Assembly (NCBI RefSeq): GCF_009914755.1 | Contig: NC_060942.1 | Reading direction: 5' to 3' (one strand) | From: the human T2T-CHM13v2.0 reference genome, Homo sapiens | DNA length: 64,000 nucleotides | Shown: one piece after another, positions 39,179 through 54,459 of the stretch | How the letters are laid out: every line of letters begins with the position of its first letter | How positions within the stretch are numbered: the stretch's first letter is position 1 | Position numbers and translations under genes: made by a program | The notes under the pieces: model-generated | Told to the model about the DNA's origin: nothing | What the model saw: only the letters and a program-made list of their open reading frames with translations | Database searches by the model: none

Positions 39179-39496
39179 GGCTGGGCATGGTGGCTCAAGC
39201 CTGTAATCCCAGCACTTTGGGAGGTGGAGGCAGGCGGATCATTTGAGGTGAAGAGTTCCAGACCAGCCTGGTCAACATGGCAAAATCCTGTCTTTACTAA
39301 AAGTACAAAAAGTAGCCAGGCATGTGATGCGTGCCTGTAATTCCAGCTACTCTGGAGGCTGAGGTATGAGAATTGCTTGAACCCGGAGGTAGAGATTGCA
39401 ATGAGCCGAAATCATGTCACTGCATGATTTCAGGCTAAGTGACCCAGCGAGACCATCTCAAAAAGAAAAGAAAAGAAAAGATAAATAAAAATAAAT
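39179..39496 (+). mobile_element. AluS, inside an antisense L2 remnant (about 38410-39700)
   Basis: Full Alu; TSD aagattgatgtgctt/aaaattgatatgctt. Confidence 0.92.
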
Positions 39497-39781
39497 AAAA
39501 TTGATATGCTTTTGGAATATCTCATTAAATTTGTAAAGAAAGCAGTTTCAAACCATGGATTTGCAGTTCAGAAGAGAGGTTGAGACTTATGGATAAAGAG
39601 ATCTTCAGTTTATTAGTGGTAAATGAAAACACAGAAAGAGATTAGATTCTCTATGGAGTGCTTGCTAGAAAGAGGAGAGATCTAAACATGCCTTTATGAA
39701 TGCAGAGATTAACTAAAATTGACTAAGGTAATATTTTCTGTGTTCTCTCTTCAAGGAGCTTTGCTAAGAAATTTTTTGTGC

Positions 39782-40093
39782 TTTTTTTTTTTTTTTTTTT
39801 TTTTTTTTTTCCAGACAGGGTCTCATTCTGTTACCCAGGCTGAAATACAGTGCATAATCATGGCTCACTGCAGTCTCAAACTTCTGGACTCAAGTGACTC
39901 TCCTGCCTCAGCTTCCTGAGTAGCTGGGGCTACAGGCATGCACCACCACACCCAGCTAATGTTTTAAAAAATCTCTGTAGAGCTGAGGTCTTGCTGTGTT
40001 GGCCAGGCTGGTCTAGAACTCCCGGGCTCAAGTGATCCTCCCGCGTTGACCTCCCAAAGTGCTGAGATTATGCATGAGCCACTGCACCCAACC
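39782..40093 (-). mobile_element. AluJ
   Basis: Poly-T followed by agacagggtctcattctg...atcatggctcactgcagtctc (J-type features). Confidence 0.9.
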
Positions 40094-43000
40094 TTGCATG
40101 TATTTTTTTTCATTTGTATCTATGCAATAATCTTTTAAGTCTTACATCCATATTATTGAAAGGATAAAGAAGAAACATACAGAGATTTAGGAAAGCTGTG
40201 AGGAGAATAGAATGCAAGCAAAAAGAGCCTTGAAGAAGCAAGTGTTGGTAAATGCCATCAAGTGCTTCAGATTGGTCATGTAAAAATAGCAGTGACAGTA
40301 TGTCATTCCATTTGAAAAGTAAGAGCTCATTAGTGAAAACAGAAATCTTAGCAGAAAAGTAAGAGTGGAAATCAGATAGCAAGAAATAATGAAATGAGTG
40401 GAGTCCAGGAGTTTAGCATTGACATATATGTTTCTAATTTGAAAAGTTGATGGTGACAGAAAAGAGTGTGATAAGATCATATATTATCCTTGTTGAGGTT
40501 ATGCCTTGAAATGGTTATGGAATTAGTGGAAAATCATTTTTAAGATATGATTGGCATAATATTTATAAAAACAATTGATGTTATTCTAATTACACATATT
40601 TAAAATAGCTTGCCAAAGACCCTACAGCTAGGAAGCAGAAAAGGCCAAAATTTGATCTTAATTTTTACAATGAATATTTGACAATCATATGTCTTTTAAA
40701 TGTATATACATTTCTTGCCTATTCCTGTGAGTTTTTTTTTTAATTATATTTTACCCACCAGTCTGTGATAGATCTTAACTTTTGTGTTAGTTTTATAGTT
40801 TGGTTTTGCTTTCAGCTAAAAACTCTTTTTATAACCTATTGTAAACTTTCCTTCACTTAGATTCAGGCAGTCATTCTTGTCCTATTATCGTTTGTGACTG
40901 TAAATAATTTGCTTAGTTTATTTTGTTGCCTTGATGATATTTATAGATCCTGTCACAGAGACCCTACCTTGAAGACCTCTCTTTTGTAGACTGTATAAAT
41001 TTCATCCCTTATTCCTCAACTCATATACCTTATTCTCTTATCTTGGGATATATTTTGTTGACCTTTTGATTTGTCCTTTTTCTCAACTCACCTCTACAGC
41101 TTGTCAGTATTGCCTAGAGAAATTAGGGTGGAAAGCTAATAGTTTAAAATGCTACCTAGCAAAGAGTTCAGATATAGCTTCCCCAACATTCTAACCAAAA
41201 TACTTATGAAGATGGCGAAAATAGAAAAGCAAATTCACTGAGGAGAAAGCCAAGAAAGAAGTAAGGCTAACTGGAGAAAAAAATAATCACTGACATTTCT
41301 CTTCTTAGCTTGGTGAAATCTACCAAGTCTGCTGTCCCAAATACCGAAAGAGAGACATGTGAAACTCATGCACTCTCTGCACTCTCCCCTGATTTAGAGA
41401 TGAGTTTCTGCACCAAATATAAAACTGTGCATGGATTATTCCACTGTCCAAGTGCTGATTTTTGAGATTTTTCAGGAGCCTACTTTCCCATCATATTTTT
41501 TTAAGCCTATCCATAATTGCAACACGGTATCACATACATAAGAGGAGCGTGGATAGTTATATATTGCACTCTGGAGGTTAGCCTCAACAGAACAAGAGAA
41601 ATGAATAACCTAAGGAAAAGAGCATTCTGTATATTGTAAATTATCTAAGCACTCCTCTTCAGGAAACTAAGAGTGGGGAACAGGCAGCATGGGGAAACTG
41701 AGACTCAGACAGATTCACACATGTGGAAATAAGCAACCAGAAAAGAAGCTTCTGAAAAATGTTGTGGCACAAGAAAAAGAATGTTATCACAATGACGAGG
41801 AAAAACAGACCTCTGAAAAATCTTACAATTCTATGATTTTTGCTCCAAAAATATTTACTTAAAATATTTATAAGTTCTTAATAGTATATAAGAGTATGGC
41901 CTCTATAGAAAAGTAAAAACTTGTTTTAAAATAGAATTTTTATAGAAAAGTAGAACGTGATATAAAGAGAAGGCTTGCAGATGAAGGTACAGTAGTGGGA
42001 GAAGATACAATGTAACACTCATAAAGTAATACTTGTTATTTTAGTGTCTGGACTGGCATATATGATTCTCAGTAAATATCAGCTATTACATTTAATAAAA
42101 GATTAAAAATAGGGTGTACTATTGGAAAATGCAAAGACACCTCTGTTGCACTAATGGAGTTTAAACTCTAATTGAAAATGGGAAAATATATTTGACAAGG
42201 TTGAAAATTAAATCAGTGGTGTGGAGCAAAAACTTAAAAATGTTTCCCAGGATGCAGAGGGAAAAGGTAAGTTGTTAACAGTGATGAGAAAAATGATAGA
42301 GCTGAAGGATGTTGCACTTTTACCCAAATCATAAATGATGATTGTTCCCTCCATTCCTCTTAGAGAAGTGGAGAATGAGTATAACAGACATAGTGCCAGA
42401 TTTGACACGAAGCACCAGCTAAAATCACCAAGTCAGAGGCATGTTGCTGCAAGAGCAGGTATAAGGCAAGCAGGATGTAGACTTTTTTTTCTCCACCTAA
42501 CTGCTATGTTTGTTCCTTAGGGAATAAATATAAGGAAAAGCATCTTGGAAAGAAATCAAAACAGAGCTAAAAAGGACTACAAAGACACAAATAATGTGAA
42601 AACAAATGAATACTAGCAAAAACAAGAAAACCAAAATCAGACATTAGGGGGCTCAGCCAAGGAGAAATTTTCTGAATTGGTGAATGTCATGTTTAATTAG
42701 TTGTCTTCAAGTGTTATACTGAAGGCAGCCCTTCCAGGAGCTAACCCTGGCTGGAGAGGATGTGATTTCCAGCAAATATATTATTTATCTCAGTCCAAAA
42801 AGTTAACTTACATGTCAGTTAAGGTTTCAGCCCACACATGAGGTCTTATTGTGTTACTGAGCATTGCTCATCAAGATACTTAAGAAAGGGTTTGTTGGGC
42901 TAAATAAAGATGGCAGACTGGGAAGGAACCTAAAATAAAAATGAAAGTCAGCGGAGAAAGAGTTGCCAGAGATCAGCCTCTGAACTTTATGTATCAGCTA

Positions 43001-46000
43001 AGGAGCTCCTACCATTTACTTGAAAAATCTCCCCTGTCTGAGAGACAGGGGAGGCACTGGGCTGCTGTTTCCTTAAGCACTTGGATCTTGTTAATTATGT
43101 GCGCATTAAGCAGCATTCTGCATTAAATTTGGCCTTGCAGGAAGATAATATGAATCCTCAACTCAGGCACAAAAGGCTTTGGCAGTCGCCTTAACCTGCT
43201 TCCCCATCTTTCAGCATCCCCCTCTACATTGCAGATTTGCATTCCTCCAGCTTAGGCTCCATACATCAGGGATTGCAAGCTCAGGGGGAGCCAATTCAGT
43301 GTTTTACTGTTATAATTAATGATTTATATTGAAATAGAATATTTCTCTTTTTATCTTCTACTTATTCTAGTTCTGCCTTTGGAATGCAAACAGTCTAAAC
43401 ACTGATGAAAAGCCCTTTGCATACTTTTGCTGTTTTCTCCAGGCACAATGCTAGTTTCTGTAACAGTTTTGTGTCATCGATTAAGACTTTTCAGTATGCA
43501 TTACCCTCATATGAAAGTCTTCTAAATCATTCCTGTTATATCTTAGAAAACTCATCTATCTGTCTTTCCACTCAGATAACTAATCAAAGCATAATCCACC
43601 TAGCAGTAAGACGAGAAACTCATCAAAGTCTCCTGCAATCAAGGTATCCAATGAACATCCTGCACTGTTAGATGTGGCCCTAAATCCCAACTGAAGTACT
43701 TATTGGGTTTAACTGCTGCTTTACACATGTATGGGCACGGCCTACACTTTCTTTCTTTTTTTTTTCTTCCTCCAAATGTGAATTTGTGTTTGGATGCAGA
43801 AATGCTTCCACCAACTTCCTGGACTGCAAAGTCATGGAACATTTAGTAGCTGTTCATTGCTCCTTGCTTTCTGATGCACTTAGAGCATCTCATAAACACC
43901 CCCAAAATAGACCAGGAATGTAAAGTGTAGTGAGTGGATTTGGGTGGTTAATCTCAATCTCCAGTGGGAGAAGGCATTTGGCAACTCTAAGAAAATAACG
44001 TAGGCTAAATGTTAGACAAATTAAAAAGTAAGACAAAGTCCTTATTGAGATTGGTAGTTATTGATTCATTGTGAGTCTAAGTACACATGTTAAGCCTCTA
44101 AAGAGTCAAAAGTGCTGCTGATGTATTATTGGGTTTGCAGAAGAACAATCAGGATGCAAGAGAGAAAGAATTACTATCCCAGGAATTACAGCCTTCAGTT
44201 CTCTTCAGGCTCTGGAAGGAATGATGTTTAATGACTGAGGCAGAAATATCATTGTCTATTAGAAACTTAAAGTAAGGAATAAGAGTCTACCAACTTGAAG
44301 CCCAGCTGGATTTCTTATAGACAGCAGCACTGGAAAACTCGGACTTTCAAATGAGGAAAGGATTCACTGAATGTAACTTATCTAAGTTATTGGCCATGAA
44401 CAACTTTAGCAGAAATTGTCTTATGAATTACTTTGAACATTCTACAGTTAATAATTTTTAAAAAGTCTTAGAGCTGCAGGAGTGTTGAGATATTGTTCCA
44501 GCAAAATAAATTTCCTACCTAATTAAGAACCCCCACAGTTGGGCCTGCTGTGTCTTCTTGAATTCCTTCAGCGACACAGAGCGAGCCTCGTCTTTAGCAT
44601 GAATCCAAAGAACCAGTGATGGCTCAATTAAGGATTTAGCACCAGAAGACATGGTTCAATTCTAAGCTCTGCCATTTACTACAGGGATGAATCACTATGT
44701 TTTAGAAATTCTGTTATATATTTTAAAAATCTATAAAATCAAATAACACTCAACATAGACTATAAAAATATAGCTGGTTGTTTTTAGTCTAAAATATGAC
44801 ACAAATGTATGGTATATGGTTTTGCTATTAATATTTTGAAAAGACTATAATGTATTGAAATAAATTTGGTTTATTTGTAATTTCTTCCCATTTGTTTTAG
44901 ATTTACTGTGTGCAGCAATAGAGAACAATCTTCCTCAAAAATAAATATTTAAATGATTGGCGGCAGTTATCCTCCTTCAGCTTAGTTTTGTCACTTGGAG
45001 GCCCTCAGTTACTGCCAGGTTTCCTCTTTGGAGACACACTCCTTATCATATTGCTTACCTTCCTTTGTGTGTTTCATATTCAATTTGTCAGTGACACTCT
45101 TAAAGTGGGGAGCTGGAAGGAAGCATAACACTCCTGGTATCACTGAGCACTCATGGATACAGTGAGATGACTCTTCTTGGAGCCAGAGTATCATGCTTTT
45201 ATAGAGACATCTTTAGCATATTCAACCATGCATTCATTAAAATATAGTATTTTTCCATGTATTTGAATGTTCATTCAAATCCTCCTTTTACCGTTTATTT
45301 TGCAACTATGCCTTATTTCACTAAATGGATGGTCAATTTTTAGGGGCAGAGGTTACTTCTTTTGATGCTAATGGCACTTGGCGCCTGCTAGGCTAAGTGT
45401 TAGATGTTCAAAGAGAATATGTATTAAATTGAGTCTAATTAAATGGTACTTAAAACTTCAACAGACAGCAGGCTAACTATTGTCCCAGAAACCTCCTAGA
45501 ATCATTATTTGGGTATTCTTTTCACATAAGGAACACAAATTAGAATCACAAGAAAAAAAATAAAGTGAAGAGGGAATGGCAAAGATCTCAGCCTCCAATA
45601 CAATTAACCTATGTTCAATAACAGATTGCATTGTGAATATTGATAGTGTCCATATAAGCCACACAATAGCAGAGGATTGCAGCAGATAAAGGCTTAGGAC
45701 AGGCTATCCTCTGTTTTAGAAAATGAATACCCCTTGATCAGAATTTGTTAGTGCCCTATGTTAGAAAGTAACTATTCTCTTTTAAAAGTCCACTTGGCAA
45801 AGTGCCCCTTAATAACATCCAGTCTCCCAGTACCTTTAATTGTTTCCAGATCACTAACCATTTGATCGAGAGAGCATGGGGAGTGGGGTAAAAGGGAAAG
45901 TGAAACTGAAAGCTAAAGGGTTTGGAACCACTACTAATTGAAGGTCAATCAGGAAGGTATCCAGCATCTGACAATGAAGATCTCAGTCAGAGACAAGCAA

Positions 46001-47527
46001 GGGTTTGAATCCCAAAGGTTGTGTCTGCTGGGAGCACTGTTCAGGGAGCATTGTGCAAAAGGCACTGGTTGCACCGGGTGGAGGTGCTCATGCCCTACCC
46101 AACCCACCACGGTGCAGGGCTGCCCCTCCGAACATTACAGGGCACTGAGTGGATCTCAGGGACAAGCCTGTTCTCTATCCTGGCCCATCCTTTCCATAAA
46201 CGACAACTATTTTTCCCTATCCTCTGTTTATATATTATATGACTCAAAGCCTTCATTGTCATATTCACTCATTCCTTCTTTCTTTCATCTTCTTCTCAGC
46301 ACTCTTAAGTCCATGTATTTCAAATCTTGAATATTTTTTCTTTTTTTTTAACTTTTAAAGTGGTTTTAGATTTTTAGATTTTAGATTCTGGTAGAAGAAT
46401 TAGTTAAATTTTCATCTGATCAGTGGATCATTTTTAAACAGTTGAAGATTTTCTTTCTGTTTTTTCTTTTTCTTTTTCATTCATGTCATGCCCTGTAAAT
46501 TTGCAGGGGGTATCTTTAAAGTAAGGTGAGAGTAGGTCAGCTATAAAACATTCAAGAAATAACCCCAGCTGCCCCCTTCCATCAGCAATGGCAAGGAAAG
46601 CACTTAGCGTTTCTGCCTCAGTGGAGCATCAGACTGCAGTTGCAGCCGAGGAAACATGTGGCTTTCTGAGGCAAAAGTTCAGGTTGGATTCTCTGGATTG
46701 TGACTTTGAGATTAATAAGCCCCCCAGGGAGCTCCACTGGAGATGATTTTGGCTATAGGAAAGTTTTCTTTAAATCAGGAAAACAGGCTTCGTAGAGTAA
46801 AGCCATCTCCACTCAAGCTGTCACTGTAACAGAAAATAGACTGTCACTTCCAGCTGCCAACACAAGGCTTTGGGGGAACACTCCACATTCAGAAGTGTTT
46901 AGATTTTCAGTTGAATACGGTTGATTTTCATAAAGTGACCAAAATCTGCATGCTGCTCTCGCCAATCCTGTACTTCAAAAAACCATATAAAACAGTTAAA
47001 TAAATAAGCAAAGAAAATAGAAATTAACCTTACGTGCAAAAAGTTCTAATTGGAATTCTCCTTTCCTGTCATTTTTTTCTTCAAATAAAACTACTAGCTC
47101 TTTAAAAATTAATCAAAATTATACTTCTGCATAGTTTGCAGATTTGAATAAGCACAGAAAGGTTAGAACATAAACGAAATCTTAAAGTAAAACATAAACT
47201 TACATTTTGAAGAGGACTTTGAAAATTCATAACACTAGATAGGGCTGTGTTTTCCCTAAGCTGTGTATGATGCAAACTGACAATCAGGCTAGAAAAAGTC
47301 TACTTCACACTTCGTGGTAGCATATGTCACAGGTGAATGATTTGATTTTAATTTAAGTACTTAATCACCATTTCCAAATAATGAGCTGATAAAATGTACA
47401 TTTTAATTTGAATGACAAACAATATTTTACTGTGATTTACAAAGTATGCCAAACTTTGATTACAAATTTGCAGATAGAAAATAATTCAAGGACATTTTCT
47501 AATTTAAAAAAATCTCGGACACTCCTC

Positions 47528-48337
47528 AGAGAAGTCATTTATGCGACCAACAAACATATGAAAAAAAGCTCATCGTCGCTGATCATTAGAGAAATGCAAA
47601 TCAAAACCACAATGAGATACCATCTCACGCCAGTTAGAATGGCGATCATTAAAGAGTCAGGAGACAACAGATGCTGAAGAGGATGTAGAGAAATAGGAAT
47701 GCTTTTACACTGTTGGTGGGGGTGTAAATTAGTTCAACCATTGTGGAAGACAGTGTGGCGATTCCTTAAGGATCTAGAACCAGAAATACCATTTGACCCA
47801 GCAATCCCATTACCGGATATATACCCAAAGGATTATAAATCATGCTACTATAAAGACACATCCACACATATGTTTATTGCAACACTATTCACAATAGCAA
47901 AGACTTGGAACCAACCCAAATGCCCACCAATGATAGACTGGATAAAGAAAATGTGGCACATATACACCATGGAATACTATGCAGCCATGAGAAAGGGTAA
48001 GTTCATCTTCTTTGCATGGACATGGATGAAGCTGGAAACCATCATTCTCAGCAAACTAACACAGCAACAGAAAACTAAACACCGCATATTCTCACTCATA
48101 AGTGGGAGTTGAACAATGAGAACACATGGACACAGGGAGGGGAACATCACATACTGGGGCCTGTCAGGGGATGGGGGGCTAGGGGAGTAATAGCATTAGG
48201 AGAAATACCTAATGTATATGACGGGTTGATGGGTGCAGCAAACCACCATTGCACGTGTATACCTATGTAACAAACCTGCAGGTTCTGCACATGTATCCCA
48301 GAACTTAAAGTATAATTAAAAAAATAATAATAATAAA
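47528..48337 (+). mobile_element. L1PA (about PA6-8) 3' 0.8 kb
   Basis: ORF2 C-terminal peptides (ORFs 47408-47677 and 47699-48112), G-rich 3' UTR and (AAT) tail. Confidence 0.95.
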
Positions 48338-48499
48338 GACTGCTCTTCCCACTTCTAAAAAGCAAACAAACAAAAACTGGTGGCACTGAACAAATATGGA
48401 ATAAACTACAGGGATTTGGATTTTTAAGTCTGTTAATATTTTTACTTTGCTCCCTTGTACCATTCACAAAGATCTTGGTTATATAATAATATAAAATTG

Positions 48500-48756
48500 G
48501 AGGCCGAGGCAGGAGGATCACGAGGTCAGGAGATCGAGACCATCCTGGCTAACATGGTGAAACCCCATCTCTACTAAAAATACAAAAAATCAGCTGGGTA
48601 TGGTGGTTGGTGCCTGCAGTCCCAGCTACTCAGGGCCTGAGGCAGGAGAATGGCGTGAACCCGGGAGGCAGAGCTTGCAGTGAGCGGAGATCACGCCACT
48701 GCACTCCAGCCTGGGCCACAGAGCAAGACTCCATCTCAAAAAAATAAATAAAAAAG
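48500..48756 (+). mobile_element. 5'-truncated AluY-type
   Basis: Y diagnostics; TSD aatataaaattg at 48488-48499 and 48757-48768. Confidence 0.92.
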
Positions 48757-49321
48757 AATATAAAATTGAAAAAAAAACTCTCTTAAGACATTTCTCAGGC
48801 ACTTTGAATGTGTAGAGCATTCTTTCAATGATATCACTTAAAATATCAACCTGTGCCCTGTTACATGTCCACTCATAAAATCATGTATGACTTTGCATAC
48901 TTGCTCAGGACTATTAGTTGAGATTTTGTAGGAATCTTGTGTAAACTAGTCTCACATAAACAGAGTATATGGTCACCTTGATAAAGGATTTGAGAATGCT
49001 AAAAAGAGACTCTTACCTTGAAATGTCTACTTCACATGCCATCATTGTGTTATGATGTTTAGTGATTTATAAACTTACAACATCTTTGAGCTGAGAGAGA
49101 TTTTTTAGAAATGGTTTATGTGTATCTCCTCATTTTAAACGTTACAGAAGAAAAATCTAGACAGACTGGGTGACTTTGACAGATTCCTCATCTATCTTCC
49201 TAGAAGTTGTGTTAAGATCCTGAACGCAGGTGTCTTAATTCCAGTCGAATGATTACTGGACCCAGGTTTGCCCTTCCTCCCTAAATTGTTTTAAAATTCA
49301 ATATTTCCTAGAACAAATTAG

Positions 49322-49676
49322 TGATATGGTTTTGCTGTGTCCCCACCCAAATCTCAACTTGAATTGCATCTCCCAGAATTCCCATGTGTTGGAGGAGGGA
49401 CCCAGGGGGAGGTACTTGAATCATGGGGGACAGTGTTTTCCATGCTATTCTCATGATAATGAATAAGTCTCAGGAGAGCTGATGGGTTTATCAGGGGTTC
49501 CCGCTTTTGCTTCTTCCTCATTTCTCTCTTGCTGTTGCCATGTAAGAAGTGCCTGTTGCCTCCTGCTGTGATTCTGAGGCCTCCCCAGCCATGTGGAACT
49601 GTAAGTCCAATTAAACCTCTTTTTGTTTCCAGTTTCGGGTATGTCTTTATCAGCAGGGTGAAAATGAATGAATACA
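49322..49676 (+). mobile_element. THE1A-like solo LTR
   Basis: TGATATGGTTTTGCTGTGTCCCCACCC...aataCA; TSD attag/gttag. Confidence 0.9.
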
Positions 49677-50047
49677 GTTAGGTTCAGACATCAGTTCAAG
49701 TTTTGTTTTCTTTTGCTACTTTCCTAATTGTGGGCTTGCTAATGAGGTCTACCAGGAGCTGGAAATTGAAAACTGGAAGGTGGCTCAATTAGAGAATGAG
49801 GGTGGGGTATGGAAAGACACTAACAAAACGTGGGGTGTGGAAAATCACTGAGACAAAGTTTATTGTGCCATCTAAACCCATGGTTGTACTGAAACAACAG
49901 CTAATGAAAAAATATCAAACCAAATATTGAAACTACTGTAGCTCTCTCAAAACTGAGGCTTTTCTGATGATGCCATTTCTTTTTGATCATGGTCCTACCA
50001 TGCCCAACTCCTATTCCCTAGGAAAAATAATGCTATAAAGAACATGA

Positions 50048-50346
<299 letters not shown>

Positions 50347-53148
50347 CGAGAAGGCCAAGGTGCAGAATCTGGTTCCATTCATATGCCAAATCTAGTGGAA
50401 ATGACTTTCCTGCAAGCTGAAGCACAGTTCAGAGGAAGATGACACAGGTGGTAGATGTGTGTCTCTCATTTTTTGATAATGAATAGATCCTCCCCCACTA
50501 ATTTTATTAAGTGCATTATAATTGTTTCTCTTCTGGTAGGTAATATAAAATATCATATGTTTGATTAATGTAAATGGGAACATGCACCAGCTGATTTTTG
50601 ATAGGTCAGAAGTTGACTGGAGACAGAACAATAATTTTGCTGACAAATGCACTGGATGTATCCAGAGAGCAAATTCTGAAAAAGGTAAGAAGGACTGAGG
50701 ATCTGAGCTGAAAAATACAAAGAAGAAAGCAAGCAAAGGAAATGTAAATTTGTCAGGAGCTAGCTTGTGCCTCTATTATATGCAAATTTCCATCCTCCTC
50801 ATTTCACCAAGAAAGAACTTTGACTGAATGGAGAAGTGGCTGGGGACTGGCAGTGGGTGTGATTAGAAGGAGGAGGGATTTGGCTGCGAGTATATGTAAC
50901 ATACCTGGGTCTATTGACAAGGATTTAACAGCCCAGAAAGGAAGATGGCTATAGGAATAAGTAACTCAAATAAAATAAATCTTGACAATGCTGTGAAGAG
51001 ACTATTCATTGCTCTCCTGAGAGAAAACCCCTGAGACTTTGTGGAAACAAAGATGTCATCATGGAGGATAAATTTGACTGGAGGCATGCACATGTACAAA
51101 AACTAAAGAAAAGTTTCCCAGACAAAGAACCTGAAAAAGTAGTGATATGATGCACAACTGGCTCTCAGACAGATACGGCATCTACGGTGTCATTTAATAC
51201 TCACTTACGTGTGCATGAGGTAAGGATTAACATCACCATTTGTCAATGAAGAAGCCGAGGTCCATAGATGTTTAGTAACAGACACAAGACCACATTGGAA
51301 AGGACAGAACTCAAAACTTGTCTGTAGTCTTTCAATTGCGCCTCAGGGCTTCTCATTCCTTTCTACATAGGCATATTATAAAAAGCAAAGAAAGACCACA
51401 CATTTTCTGAGGTGCTCCACTATATGCTGTAGCCCAGTAATAGAGTATGCACAAGATTGCAGAGATATGTTCCTTTAGGGATCTTGCCCAGAACTTGAAG
51501 GATAAACCAGAACGACTCTATTCTCAGGATCTCTCTACTCACTAGGAAATCAATCCTTCCTCATAAGCCTGGCACTGACTCATGTAGGTGAGAGAGACTC
51601 CCACTTTCTCAGCTAATAGAAAATTTATTTTTGAACTCTTTCACACACTTATTCTTCTGCCACAGGGAGCCTGCTCACTAATGTGATCTCTCACTTTGTA
51701 CCTAATTAAATGCATGTAAATTCAGAAGTACATCATGTCATTGTACTAAGAAATAGATGTGCTGGATATAATCTAAAGCCTTCTAGGAATTTAAAGTTCA
51801 GAAATACGATGGTAATTGCTTTCAAGTTTGAGTGAGTGTTTCAAGTATTGAGACTGAAGAGCCATGCAAAGAAAGGACACCCATGCAGTCACCAAGCATA
51901 TGGTGCTCAGAATGGCCTTCTGTTCTTCCCAATTCCATTCCTTATGACTTTGTTGAAAGAGGTAGAAGTAATTATTATGGAATTTAGAAAGGATACCTAA
52001 TAATATCCTTAGATGAGGGATGTCTAATCCATTTGAACGTCATGATTTTTGAATCTTCTGTCCACACCTCCTTATCCCTAGCCCACTTCTGGCAAAATTA
52101 TTTGGTATAGTAGTATAGTACTTTGCGGGAGTTTCTCAGAGATCATTTCTGATCTACAGAACTTTGAAATTTGAATATTGAAGCCAAATTTGGCATCATT
52201 TAAAATTTTAAGATTTGCAATTGCCTTAGATATAAGAAGTCCATAAATACAGCTTTAGCCTTTTAAGATGGAAGAAAATGATTTTTAAATTGAAAAGGAA
52301 AGACAAATTTTTTTCAATATATTTATCTGCCTCTCAATCTTATAGCCTCATAATCATATCTGGTATGATTGGACTGATATTTTTATAAGCAGATTAAAAC
52401 TCATTCACTCTAGTGAACATTATTCTTTAAAGCAGTCTCCATAGAACAGTATTATAGTTATTATAGCTGTTCATAAGGTGCACAAATATTTCAGAACCCT
52501 TTCTTTTGGGTTCAGATCTTTTATCTTCAGATCCAGTTCACAAAGTGCAGAAAGCATGAGTTTTATGAATTTACTGTGTCCCATATTGTTTATTGCCCTA
52601 CCCTATTTCAAACAGTGTGCTTAATGACCAGTTTCCAAACAATATACCTAATATTTTGAGGAGATTTCCATAGAGATTATCTGATTTTTTTTTCATCAAA
52701 GTGAAAATTTATCTTTGGACTAAATATACAATATAATGGTCCTGTTGGTACTTATTAAGAGCATCTAAAGTGAGGCATTTCATAAAAACAATTCAGAGAA
52801 AGGAGATCTCAAAAAATTATGGAATTTATTTAAGATCTCATTCACAATGTTTAGTTCCTGACAAAGTTGGAACATGGTTGAATTTAACCTTGATCCTGAA
52901 CGTTGTGTTTCAGAGCTCTCTACAGCACTCTGAAACCCTCTGAATTTCTGTCACTGAGACTCTTGGTCCTCCCCAATCTGGCAATTTGCACATAGCCTGT
53001 CTCCTTCACCATGTAGGTCCTGCCCCAGGCCATTGGTCTTCCCATTTTTCTCCCAGCACTCCAGAAGTGATATGTAGTTTTCTAAGGGCCTCGTTTGAAA
53101 AAGAAGAAGGAGGAGGAGGAGGAGGAGGAGGACTTTAATTGGGATACA

Positions 53149-53470
53149 TGATATGGTTTGGCTGTGTCCCCACCCAAATCTCATCATGAATTATAGCTTT
53201 TATAATCCCTACATGTCATGGATGAACATGGTGGGAGGTGATAGTGAATAAATCTTATGAGATCTGATGATTTTATAAAGGGCAATTACTCTGCACACTC
53301 TCTCTTGCCTGCTGCCATGTAAGATGTGCCTTTGCTCCTCCTTCACCTTCTGCCATGATTGTGAGGCCTCCCTAGCCATGTGGAACTGTGAATACGTTGA
53401 ACCTCCTTTTCTTTATAAATTACCCAGTCTCCGGTATTTCTTCATAGCAGTATGAAAATGAACTAATACA
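53149..53470 (+). mobile_element. THE1C/D-like solo LTR with internal deletion
   Basis: TGATATGGTTTGGCTGTGTCCCCACCC...aactaataCA; a (GGA)8 run lies just upstream at about 53109-53132. Confidence 0.88.
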
Positions 53471-54459
53471 AAATATAATTCCAATGTTTGTTCAAAACAC
53501 GATCTCATTACTTGGAACTGTTAATAATTATTTGTCTTAAGCGCTGTAGTGGAATTAAATTCATTTTCCCAAATAAATGTGAGCCTGATCACATGAACAG
53601 AGTGGCCAAATATGCCAGAATATGAATCACTCAGGTGTAAATGAAGACAATTCATGCTGTTCTTCTGTTAGAACATCATCTCAATCTTCCCTTTGAAAGA
53701 CCCACTGAAGCAGTCCCATCTGTCAGAACTTCCTTAGACCATGCTGCCACACCGCCACCTCATTCATTACCTGTGATACTCATTTCAGAGTTACTCAACC
53801 ACGTATCTGTTATTTCTGGTATGTTGTGAGCTACAATATCTATTGAAAACACTTCACATTTCTTAACTTTTTCACTGAATTCATCTTGATTCTTTGAATC
53901 CCTGCATTAGAGTATGAGATCCATTAGAGCACAAACCATGGCAATCCCTCCTCTATATGCCCTATACCACAAGAAGATTTAGTAGTTACTTGTTAACTGA
54001 TTATTTTAATGGGGATTCCTTACATAAATCTGCTTATCTTGTAGGTGTAAAAAAAAACTCATCTGGGGAAAAGTACTGCATTGTTATTAACACTCTCCCT
54101 TTCCTTATTTTACTTTCTATTTGAATACTTAGAATACTTAGCAAAGTCTCTGAGTTGAGGAGAAAGGGGCAAGCCTTAGTTCTTGAAGCTCCCTCCAGTC
54201 TGTCCATGACTTGAGCTGAAACATGACTAGAAAAGCCCAAAGTCTTAGGGGAGGTTAAAGAAGCAGAGGAAGTCCATGAGATGGGAGCACATTGCTATGA
54301 CTATTGACAAGGAAATATGGAGTGATTTATTTTATTTGAAAATTCTGTCTATGGCAATTGCCCATGACATTTGCAATCAATGCTTTAGTTAAAGTCCTAG
54401 AAGGCAGGGTCATAAGTATACAGCACATGTAATTAGGAAATGTAGGGCCCAAAAGACGA

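Noticed and set aside
45938-46330. 130-aa Cys-rich ORF
   Set aside because: Non-ATG start, no recognisable domain and no supporting splice structure.
50780-50787. Isolated octamer ATGCAAAT
   Set aside because: A single 8-mer is expected by chance in 64 kb of AT-rich DNA.
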